From Candidatus Heimdallarchaeota archaeon (GTDB lineage Archaea > Asgardarchaeota > Heimdallarchaeia > Hodarchaeales > Hodarchaeaceae), in contig RDOB01000002.1 in assembly GCA_011364965.1 (NCBI GenBank), positions 403,317-467,316 of the forward strand: DNA of 64,000 nucleotides, read 5' to 3'. Under the pieces are notes generated by a model. It ran no database searches. It saw only the letters and a list, made by a program, of their open reading frames with translations, and was not told the origin of the DNA. The position numbers and the translations under genes are program-made. Below are positions 41,182-48,839 of the stretch, in pieces (within the stretch, counting starts at the first letter, position 1; every line of letters starts with the position of its first letter).

Positions 41182-41193
41182 GATGTTTCCCTT

Positions 41194-41367
41194 TTATAGA
41201 AGCCTATCCAACAATTTAATCGTCTCAATATCTCCTTGAGCAGGGGGTTTCCAGTCAATATGAACCACCTTAATTCCCTGAGTTTCAGAAGCTTCATAAA
41301 ATGATCTTAATCCAATATTTATAACTTTTGGACCTTCAGAAAGCAGATCATTCATATTCGATTTCAT
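41194..41367 (-). CDS. 57-aa stand-alone ORF resembling the C-terminal tail of FdrA-type proteins. Not in the supplied track.
   Basis: My own translation: MKSNMNDLLSEGPKVINIGLRSFYEASETQGIKVVHIDWKPPAQGDIETIKLLDRLL. As I recall, E. coli FdrA ends with a very similar ..VINIGLRSF..VVHYQWSP..LLERL segment. Confidence 0.5.
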   Translation of the reverse strand: MKSNMNDLLSEGPKVINIGLRSFYEASETQGIKVVHIDWKPPAQGDIETIKLLDRLL

Positions 41368-41385
41368 GATTATGTTTCATTCCTA

Positions 41386-42933
41386 TTACTCTATTTTTAA
41401 AACGAATAGTGCCGCTAATTTTGCCATTTGAGCATTTGTTGGCATAATTATTACTCCCCATTGCTCAAGCTGTTCAATGGATGATTTATAATCTTGTGGA
41501 TCAAGTTCTGTTCCACATACATGACAGATTATGGGCATAGGTCTTCCAATTTTTATCCATTCATTAAAGGCTAGTTTCATATCAGAAATTGGATCAGGAT
41601 GTGAACCGTAACCTAATACAAAGTCCAAGAGAATAATACCTACCTCTGGATCGCGAATTTCGCGTAAAAACCTTTTCGTTCTTTCAAATTGGTCAATCAT
41701 TGGATGGGGTTTTCCACTTGTAAACTCATCATCTCCCATATCAATGAGTGTATGGCCTTGGCTTTTCCTAGGATTCGGGATTAAATGAGTTCCCTCTAGA
41801 TGAACATTTGTCCATAAAGTGTGTGTTTTTGGTAAGATTTCAGATATAATCATTGCTGCCTCATAAGTGAACGTTCCCCCTGCGAATAATCCCCTGATAT
41901 ACCTACCCTTTAGCTTCTGGAATTGCATCTGAGATAGAATAGCATGTATGTTATCAGTGGAGCTTTGTTTAATTTTTAATTCCTTTTTTCTGAAATATGC
42001 AGCAGCAGTTAATGCTGCTTCTTCTAATGTTGTTACAGTAATGCTTTTTCCTTCATGATCAAAATATCCTGCCTTTTTACCCAAAAAATTGATTATTACA
42101 GGCTTAGAACTGATCTTGATTCTTTCAAGCACTTTAGTTAGGGTTTTTGTTTCAGGGGGTTTCGAAATTAAAATTATCAATTCAATTGATGGATCTTTTT
42201 CCAGAGCTTCAATTCCATCAAGCATCGTGATTCCCCCGATTATATCTTTTACATCACGTGATCCTGTACCTATTGCATGAGTTACTCCAATTCCTTGTTT
42301 ATGACAAAGAACACAGATTTCCTGAGTTCCAGTACCTGAAGCAGCAACAAGTCCTATGGGTCCTGGTTTTACATTATTGGCAAATCCTAATCCTATCCCT
42401 TTAATTATAGCTGTTCCTGCATCGGGTCCCATTATAATCAGATTTTTTTCATGAGCTCGAGTTTTAATACGGAGCTCATCTTCAATTGAGACATTATCTG
42501 AAAATACCAAAACATTGAGGTTCTTATCGAGGGCTTTATTCACCTCCCGGGCAGCATACATCCCTGGAACTGAAATCAGAGCTAAATTAGCTTCAGGTAA
42601 ATCAGTTAATGCTCCTTCTATTGATCTATAATTCGTTGCTTCATCAATTGAGGATACCACTTCCTTATTCAGTAATTCAATCACGAAATTAATAGCATTT
42701 TGAACTTCATCGTGAGATTTTCCTTTAATTGCTATAATAATATCATTAGGACCGGCATTTTGAGCTAAAGAAGTTAGCAATCTCGCTTCTTCCAGAAGTG
42801 GTTTGTTTTGTGGTGTTCCCATTAGTACAGATGCCATCTCAATGCCCTCCATCCTACTAGCTTGTGATGCAGCTTGCATTAATTGGACTGAATCGCGATA
42901 TTTTTGTTTAATTATATGAGTTTGAACAACCAA
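41386..42933 (-). CDS. fdrA: FdrA family protein (succinyl-CoA-synthetase-alpha-like)
   Basis: Long collinear similarity to E. coli FdrA as I recall it, for example ANLALISVPGMYAAREVNKALDKNLNVLVFSDNVSIEDE, IMGPDAGT, GASGTGTQE and GKPHPMID. Confidence 0.85.
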   Translation of the reverse strand: MVVQTHIIKQKYRDSVQLMQAASQASRMEGIEMASVLMGTPQNKPLLEEARLLTSLAQNAGPNDIIIAIKGKSHDEVQNAINFVIELLNKEVVSSIDEATNYRSIEGALTDLPEANLALISVPGMYAAREVNKALDKNLNVLVFSDNVSIEDELRIKTRAHEKNLIIMGPDAGTAIIKGIGLGFANNVKPGPIGLVAASGTGTQEICVLCHKQGIGVTHAIGTGSRDVKDIIGGITMLDGIEALEKDPSIELIILISKPPETKTLTKVLERIKISSKPVIINFLGKKAGYFDHEGKSITVTTLEEAALTAAAYFRKKELKIKQSSTDNIHAILSQMQFQKLKGRYIRGLFAGGTFTYEAAMIISEILPKTHTLWTNVHLEGTHLIPNPRKSQGHTLIDMGDDEFTSGKPHPMIDQFERTKRFLREIRDPEVGIILLDFVLGYGSHPDPISDMKLAFNEWIKIGRPMPIICHVCGTELDPQDYKSSIEQLEQWGVIIMPTNAQMAKLAALFVLKIE

Positions 42934-42954
42934 ACTTTAACACACTCAAATTAG

Positions 42955-44202
42955 TTATTCAAATACTTTTTCTTCTTCAAATTCAGCGCCAACAGCATCT
43001 GGCTCGATATCCCGGGGAATATTTTCCTTACGAGTTTTGAATTCCCGATAAAATTCATGCTGAATTAATAGGTTCATAATCTCGTTCGTGCCAGTCCAGA
43101 TCGACATTAACCTAACATCACGGAGTAGTCTTTCAATGGGGTACACATTTGTGTATCCAATTCCCCCCATAATTTGAAGAGCGTGGTTAATAATTTCCCA
43201 TGCTGAATCTGTTGCAAATTTTTTTGACTCTGAGACTAACCGACGTATTGTCCCATTTGTTAAGCCCGAATTTGCATCGATGTGTCTTGCTGTAGTATAC
43301 ACAAGACTTCTAGCTGCATCTAATTGAGTTATACCTTCCGCAATTTTGAAATTTACCCCTTGAAATTTTTGAATGGGTCGACCAAAAGCTTTTCTTCGGG
43401 TACTATATTTTGTAGCAACCTCAAGACCAGCACGAGCACTTCCGAGCGCTCCAGCAGCAGATGTCATTCTTTCAGGGATCATCATTTGATTAAAAATTTC
43501 TCCTCCTTGATTAATGTCTCCAATTAAATTTTGTTCCGGAACTTCAACATTCTCAAATACTAATCTGCCAGTGCCTCCTCCTCTTGACCCCATCAATCCA
43601 TAAACATGTTTAGTCTGAACTCCTTGTGTTCTCTCAACAATAAATGTACTAATAGACTGTCTTGGGTCACTAGCGTGAAGATCTGTTTTAGCGTAGACTA
43701 AGAAGACATCTGCGCCTTCGGAACCTACAACAAATCGTTTCTGGCCATTTAAAATATAAATATCTCCTTCCTTAACTGCAGTACAAGTTGCTCCAAAAAA
43801 ATCTGATCCCCCTCGCGGTTCAGTCAGAGCTTCTGCACAGAACATTTTCCCTTGAAGAATTGGTTTGAGATATTCATTTTTTTGGTTTCGTGTTCCAAAA
43901 CAGTGTAGGGCCTCCCCAACAATGCTTGGAAGGGAATATAGACATCCAAGAGCAGGTCCTAATACCCCAATCTCTTCGATTGCAGCCACTTCTGCTATCC
44001 ATGATAAATTACTCCCCTTAAACTCCGGATCAAATCTTAAACCTAATAATCCTTTTTCTCCTAAATTTTTTACATAATCTGTGGGATATTGAATTTCATC
44101 TTGGTCCATCTGACGTAATAGACTTGGTTTTATTGATTTTACGAACTCTCGAGTTTTGAACTTAATCTCAAGTTCTTTTTCAGACAATAATACATCAAAC
44201 AT
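42955..44202 (-). CDS. Acyl-CoA dehydrogenase
   Basis: CAEALTEPRGGSDF, QIMGGIGYT and a C-terminal catalytic region. 415 aa. Confidence 0.9.
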   Translation of the reverse strand: MFDVLLSEKELEIKFKTREFVKSIKPSLLRQMDQDEIQYPTDYVKNLGEKGLLGLRFDPEFKGSNLSWIAEVAAIEEIGVLGPALGCLYSLPSIVGEALHCFGTRNQKNEYLKPILQGKMFCAEALTEPRGGSDFFGATCTAVKEGDIYILNGQKRFVVGSEGADVFLVYAKTDLHASDPRQSISTFIVERTQGVQTKHVYGLMGSRGGGTGRLVFENVEVPEQNLIGDINQGGEIFNQMMIPERMTSAAGALGSARAGLEVATKYSTRRKAFGRPIQKFQGVNFKIAEGITQLDAARSLVYTTARHIDANSGLTNGTIRRLVSESKKFATDSAWEIINHALQIMGGIGYTNVYPIERLLRDVRLMSIWTGTNEIMNLLIQHEFYREFKTRKENIPRDIEPDAVGAEFEEEKVFE

Positions 44203-44369
44203 TCAGATCAAACCTATATTTTCTATTCGATAGTGATACTTGGATTGTTATAAAAGCTGAGAGTGATACAAAAAATGATAGATTATATATTTTCTCTGAA
44301 AGCATATAAGGACGAAAATTTTCTATTTTAATACAATTCAAAATGCTTCCAGATTTGAGGAAATTCACC

Positions 44370-46697
44370 ATGTCACTAAATATTGTAGGGAAATCTGTTC
44401 CTAGAGCTGATGCTCGCGAAAAGGTAACTGGAACAGCTTTATACATAGATGATCTCCGGTTTCCACGCACCTTATATCTTAAAGTGCTCAGAGCTGGAAT
44501 ACCTCACGCAAAAATTAAAAATATTGAGACCAAGGAAGCAGAATCAATTCCTGGAGTACTTAAAATCTTAACAGGAAAAACAATTGGTATCGATCCTGAA
44601 CATTTTTACGGGACATGTATATTTGACCAACTTCCAATAGCTTTCAACAAAGTACGTCATTCTGGGGAGATAGTCGCTGCAGTAATAGCTGAATCTGAAA
44701 AAACCGCTTTAGCTGCTGTTGAAAAAATAGAAGTAGATTATGAAGAGCTTCCTTTTGTGCTGGATCCTGTGGATTCGATTGCGGAAGGGGCCCCCCTAAT
44801 TCATGAGAAAAATGGAGAATACAAACATTTACCCACTTTTACCCCTGTTCCAAATTCAAATATCTTTTTTGGATATAATTTAAAGAAAGGAAATTATGAT
44901 AGAGTTTTTGATGGAGCAGACATTTATGTGGAAGGAGAATTTGAGTATCCCCTTGTAAATCATGTTGCTATGGAACCTCATGGAGCTATTGCTCATTGGG
45001 ATCTCGCTGGTAATCTTCATCTATGGAGTAGCACTCAGGCGCCTTTTGTTGTACGGGAGGTACTTGCGGGATATTTAAATTTGACTATGAACAAGATAAA
45101 CATTCATGTACCTAGTGGTGGCCTTGGAGGCGGATTTGGAGGAAAATCTGATTACAATATTGAACCATTGGTCGCTTTGTGTGCTCGCTTTGTGCCGAAT
45201 TATTATCTTAAATTTCAACTCACCAGAGAAGAAGTTTTTATCGGTACAGTGTTGGGACGAGGTTTGAAAGGGTATATGAAGATCGGAGCGAAGAAAAATG
45301 GGGCGTTTGTTGGGATTGAATGCTCTCAATATTATGCAGACGGAGCATACGCGGACACGAGCTGCAATGTAGTATTAGCTGGCGGACATAATTGCACAGG
45401 ACCTTATTTTTTTCCAAATTGTAATTTAAAATCGTTTGGAGTTTATACAAATACTGTTCCTGTAGGTGCAATGCGAGGCTATGGTCATCCTGAAGGGCAG
45501 TTCATGGTGGAGCGACTGATTGAAAATTTGGCTCTTAAATTGGGAATTGATTCACGAAAGCTCCGAATGAAGAATTTTTTAAAACCAGGTGACACAAATT
45601 CTCTAAATCAACCTATATTTGAGCATAACGGAAATGTTAGGGAGTGCTTCCAAAGGGTAGTTGATTCATTAAACGAAACACCATTACCTGGGTCTAATGC
45701 AACTCATTACTATGGACGAGGATTTGCTGCTTTAGTTAAATCTCCAGTTCAAACTGCAAATGCTTCTTCTAATGTGTTTTTAAAAGTTAACGAGGATTTA
45801 ACAGTATCCATAAGCATTGGAGGGGTCGAAATGGGACAAGGAGCATTAACTGTATTAGCGCAACTCGCTGCAGAAAAATTACAATTCTCATTGGATAAAA
45901 TAAGAATTAATCCAGAGATTAACACACAAATCACTCCTTGGGAATGGCAAACAGTAGCAAGTATGACAACTATGCGTGTTGGAAATGCGATCTTAATTGC
46001 CTGTGAAAGGGCTATTGAGCAATTTAAAGTTAATGCATCTTTTCATTTTCAATGTGATATTTCACAACTTAATTATAATGGAAAAGCTATCAATTATAAA
46101 GATAAGGAATTTCCACTTGAGAAATTAGTGTTAGGTTATCAATATCCAGATGGACATACTGAAGGGAATCCAATTCAGGCTGTGGGATCATCTGTTGTCC
46201 GTAATGTGACATTGCCCGATTCTAGAACAGGGCAGTATCACCCCTATGAATGGACTTTCGGTGCTCAAGGGTGCGATGTAAGTATAGAAAAATCTACTGG
46301 AATAATCAAAGTCTTACATTTTGTAACTGCTTTAGATGTTGGAAAAGTAATTAATCCAGCAACTGCGAAAGGGCAAATATACGGGGGAGTAATGATGGGA
46401 TTGGGTCACACGTTGATGGAGAAAATAGAATATGATACCAAAGGAAGGATGAAAACTGTAAATTTACGTAGATATCGAATACCTAAATTAAGTGATATGC
46501 CTGAAAAGTTTTCATGCATTTTTGTGGAAACTCCTCAGCCAGATGGACCATATGGAGCTCGACCAATCGCTGAACATTCAGCTGTTGCTCCACCTGCTGC
46601 AATTTTAAATGCTATTCAAAATGCAACAGGGATATCATTTACAAAAATACCTATTACCTCAAGTGTGATGGTTGAGGCCTTATCAAGGAGAAAATAG
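44370..46697 (+). CDS. Molybdopterin-binding large subunit of a xanthine dehydrogenase / aldehyde oxidoreductase family enzyme
   Basis: VGKSVPRADAREKVTGTALY, GGLGGGFGGK, GAMRGYG, and the C-terminal GARPIAEH region. The track starts at 44343; ATG 44370 (MSLNIVGK) is preferred. Confidence 0.85.
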   Translation: MSLNIVGKSVPRADAREKVTGTALYIDDLRFPRTLYLKVLRAGIPHAKIKNIETKEAESIPGVLKILTGKTIGIDPEHFYGTCIFDQLPIAFNKVRHSGEIVAAVIAESEKTALAAVEKIEVDYEELPFVLDPVDSIAEGAPLIHEKNGEYKHLPTFTPVPNSNIFFGYNLKKGNYDRVFDGADIYVEGEFEYPLVNHVAMEPHGAIAHWDLAGNLHLWSSTQAPFVVREVLAGYLNLTMNKINIHVPSGGLGGGFGGKSDYNIEPLVALCARFVPNYYLKFQLTREEVFIGTVLGRGLKGYMKIGAKKNGAFVGIECSQYYADGAYADTSCNVVLAGGHNCTGPYFFPNCNLKSFGVYTNTVPVGAMRGYGHPEGQFMVERLIENLALKLGIDSRKLRMKNFLKPGDTNSLNQPIFEHNGNVRECFQRVVDSLNETPLPGSNATHYYGRGFAALVKSPVQTANASSNVFLKVNEDLTVSISIGGVEMGQGALTVLAQLAAEKLQFSLDKIRINPEINTQITPWEWQTVASMTTMRVGNAILIACERAIEQFKVNASFHFQCDISQLNYNGKAINYKDKEFPLEKLVLGYQYPDGHTEGNPIQAVGSSVVRNVTLPDSRTGQYHPYEWTFGAQGCDVSIEKSTGIIKVLHFVTALDVGKVINPATAKGQIYGGVMMGLGHTLMEKIEYDTKGRMKTVNLRRYRIPKLSDMPEKFSCIFVETPQPDGPYGARPIAEHSAVAPPAAILNAIQNATGISFTKIPITSSVMVEALSRRK

Positions 46698-46698
46698 A

Positions 46699-47175
46699 AT
46701 GGAACTAAAATTTAAAGTCAATGGACAAGAAATATTTCTTCAAGTTAATCCTAATGACTCTCTTCTCTACATCCTCCGAGATCGTTTACATTTAACAGGA
46801 ACAAAAAATGGATGTAGCGCAGGTCATTGCGGAGCATGTGTTGTCATTATGAACGAGGAGGCTGTAAAATCTTGTTTACAAAAAGCGAAGCGACTTAATA
46901 ATGCAGAAATTATTACGATTGAGGGTCTTACTCCTAAAGAACCGAGTGGGGAATTACATCCAATTCAACAGGCATTCATCGATGCAACAGCAATCCAGTG
47001 TGGATTCTGTACTCCTGGATACATTATGGAATTATATGGTTTATTTCTAAGAAATCCAGAAGCTTCCCTAGATGAAATCAAAGTAGCTTTAGAAGGACAT
47101 CTGTGTCGTTGTACAGGGTTCAAACCTATTCTTGAGGCAGCAGTATTAGCTCAACAATATCTAAATAAGAAATAG
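46699..47175 (+). CDS. [2Fe-2S]-binding small subunit of the molybdenum hydroxylase
   Basis: GCSAGHCGACVV, QCGFCTPG and LCRCTG. AAGGAG lies 9 nt upstream of ATG 46699. The track's TTG at 46672 is rejected. Confidence 0.9.
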   Translation: MELKFKVNGQEIFLQVNPNDSLLYILRDRLHLTGTKNGCSAGHCGACVVIMNEEAVKSCLQKAKRLNNAEIITIEGLTPKEPSGELHPIQQAFIDATAIQCGFCTPGYIMELYGLFLRNPEASLDEIKVALEGHLCRCTGFKPILEAAVLAQQYLNKK

Positions 47176-47271
47176 GTTACAGAAAAGTAATCAAAAACTA
47201 AATATCAGCTTCTGAGGTTTATTTCATTTGCTTCTATGCAATCTTAACTTAAATTGATACGTTTCTATAGA

Positions 47272-47970
47272 ATGTTGAAATATAGCCTCATTATTGGAAA
47301 CTGATTTACTTGGAGCTATAGTACTTTTACTAGTCGGAATAATAGTTTTTGTGCTCATTTTATTGCTCTTTAGAGAGTATATGACGACAAAGAAACCTTA
47401 TCATATGATATGGTATATTAGTTTTTTTTGTCTGTTTTATTTGTCTCTGGTGTGTTAATTATACTCTTTGGTTAGGGAGACACCTTCGGGAATCCTCTCG
47501 TCTCTCCAATCGCAGCCTTAATACATGCTGGAATAGCAATAGGTCTTGTATATGCTGTTAGGCCTGATATGAAATACGGGTTATTCTATGCTGTTTATTG
47601 CATTGTTTTAATCGGATTATTAGCTGTTATGAAATATAATATCTTATTGTCTAGAATGACCTCAGTTACACTAATGACAGTGCATATTCCATCGGGATTA
47701 ATTATCTCATTTCTTCCCCTATATACAGCATTCTTAACAAAAGAAACAGAATGAATAAAAGCTTTTTTCAGAATTGGAGAATTACTAATATCTTTCAGTG
47801 GTGTTTAATTAGCTATTACTATTGTTGTGACTAGAAATGTGGATCCTCTATTATTTATTTTTGATATTCTCCCCTACCTACTTTTAGTGGTTGGAATGCC
47901 ATTCGTTTTGAGATTAGGGTTACCATCTAAATGGAAAATCGGTATACCAGTAATTAGCGGGCTATTTTAA
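47272..47970 (+). pseudogene. Decayed membrane-protein gene (frameshift plus in-frame stops)
   Basis: A hydrophobic translation continues across TAG 47473, TGA 47752 and TAA 47806 in one frame. That frame reads ..GDTFGNPLVSPIAALIHAGIAIGLVYAV..MKYGLFYAVYCIVLIGLL..IKAFFRIGELLISFSGV..LAITIVVTRNVDPLLFIFDILPYLLLVVGMPFVL... The upstream part (47294-47455) is in another frame, joined near the T8 run at 47422-47429. Confidence 0.35.
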
Positions 47971-48113
47971 CCCCACTACTTTTTTTGTAAGCTTTTCAAT
48001 TATAGAATTATATACGCTCTTTTAAAATAATACGTGTAAACGAAAATTTCACCTAATCAGATGTTAACTGAAATCTTAAGGGAGTAATAATTTTAACAGT
48101 GACACTTTACCAT

Positions 48114-48599
48114 TTATTTTGAATTATAATGCCATTGAAATAATTCACGTGCTTTATCCAAATCGATCATAGCTACACTATTATGAATACAGCTGAAGGA
48201 ACGACATTTTTTCTGTTCAATTCCTCCCCATTTAATACCCCATCCCTTTAACACGGCAAATATAACACTAAAATCCTCGCCCTTTTTGGTTAATGTGTAT
48301 TGAACGCGAACAGGGATTTTATCACTTAATACTTCTCGTTTGACAATTTCATTCTCTTCTAATAAAGAAAGACCTTCCGAAAGAACACGTGCTGAGATTT
48401 TTTCTCCTTGTATACCTAAAATTTCAGACTGAAAGTCTGAAAAAAACATTTTAGTGTTTAATAATAACCCACATATGATATAAGCAATCCATTTTTTACC
48501 TAAAAGCTTCATTGGAAGCATTGCAGCACATTCATCTACCTCTTGGTCTATTGTTTCATCTCTCAAATCATTTTCGTTCATTATTACGAGATCCTTCAT
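48114..48599 (-). CDS. HxlR-family winged-helix transcriptional regulator
   Basis: LLGKKWIAYIICGLL and PVRVQYTLTKKGEDFSVIFAVLKGWGIKW are typical of HxlR. Confidence 0.75.
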   Translation of the reverse strand: MKDLVIMNENDLRDETIDQEVDECAAMLPMKLLGKKWIAYIICGLLLNTKMFFSDFQSEILGIQGEKISARVLSEGLSLLEENEIVKREVLSDKIPVRVQYTLTKKGEDFSVIFAVLKGWGIKWGGIEQKKCRSFSCIHNSVAMIDLDKARELFQWHYNSK

Positions 48600-48713
48600 T
48601 ACTTCATGAATAAATGTTCACATTTGAATACATCTATTTGAATATTTGAAATTAAGAAAGATCTAGCTGTTACTTAATAAATATTACTAGGTAATAAAAA
48701 CCCCACTTTTTTG

Positions 48714-48729
48714 GTTACTTTTGAGTAAC
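48714..48729. promoter_or_regulatory. Palindrome GTTAC-N6-GTAAC (candidate operator, site 1)
   Basis: GTTAC at 48714-48718 and GTAAC at 48725-48729. It lies in the divergent HxlR / cytochrome intergenic region. Confidence 0.35.
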
Positions 48730-48786
48730 GTGCGAACATGTTTCTCACTTAAAAATACTTAAGGTATCGCATAGGGTCAATTGTGC

Positions 48787-48806
48787 CAGTTACGATACTG
48801 TAACTG
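48787..48806. promoter_or_regulatory. Palindrome CAGTTAC-N6-GTAACTG (candidate operator, site 2)
   Basis: 7-bp perfect arms at 48787-48793 and 48800-48806. It has the same GTTAC-N6-GTAAC core as site 1 and lies about 35 nt upstream of the cytochrome ATG. Confidence 0.35.
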
Positions 48807-48839
48807 AATGATATAGTTCCCTTTTATGGCGGTTTATTT

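Noticed and set aside
41368-41388. Read-through fusion of FdrA with the 57-aa ORF (they are in the same frame)
   Set aside because: TAA is followed by in-frame TAG and TGA within four codons, so read-through is implausible. The frame coincidence is treated as chance.
44195-44470. 91-aa minus-strand ORF over the ACAD/Mo-hydroxylase divergent promoter
   Set aside because: It overlaps the 5' end of the hydroxylase large-subunit gene and the ACAD start. It is most likely spurious.
46672-46698. TTG start at 46672 for the 2Fe-2S subunit (track coordinates)
   Set aside because: ATG 46699 directly follows the large-subunit stop and has AAGGAG at the right spacing. The N-terminus MELKFKVNGQ also matches the usual start of such subunits.
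47272-47970. Stop-codon reassignment or programmed read-through as an explanation for the interrupted membrane ORF
   Set aside because: TAG, TGA and TAA all interrupt the frame and a frameshift is also needed. All three codons also terminate normal genes throughout the window.
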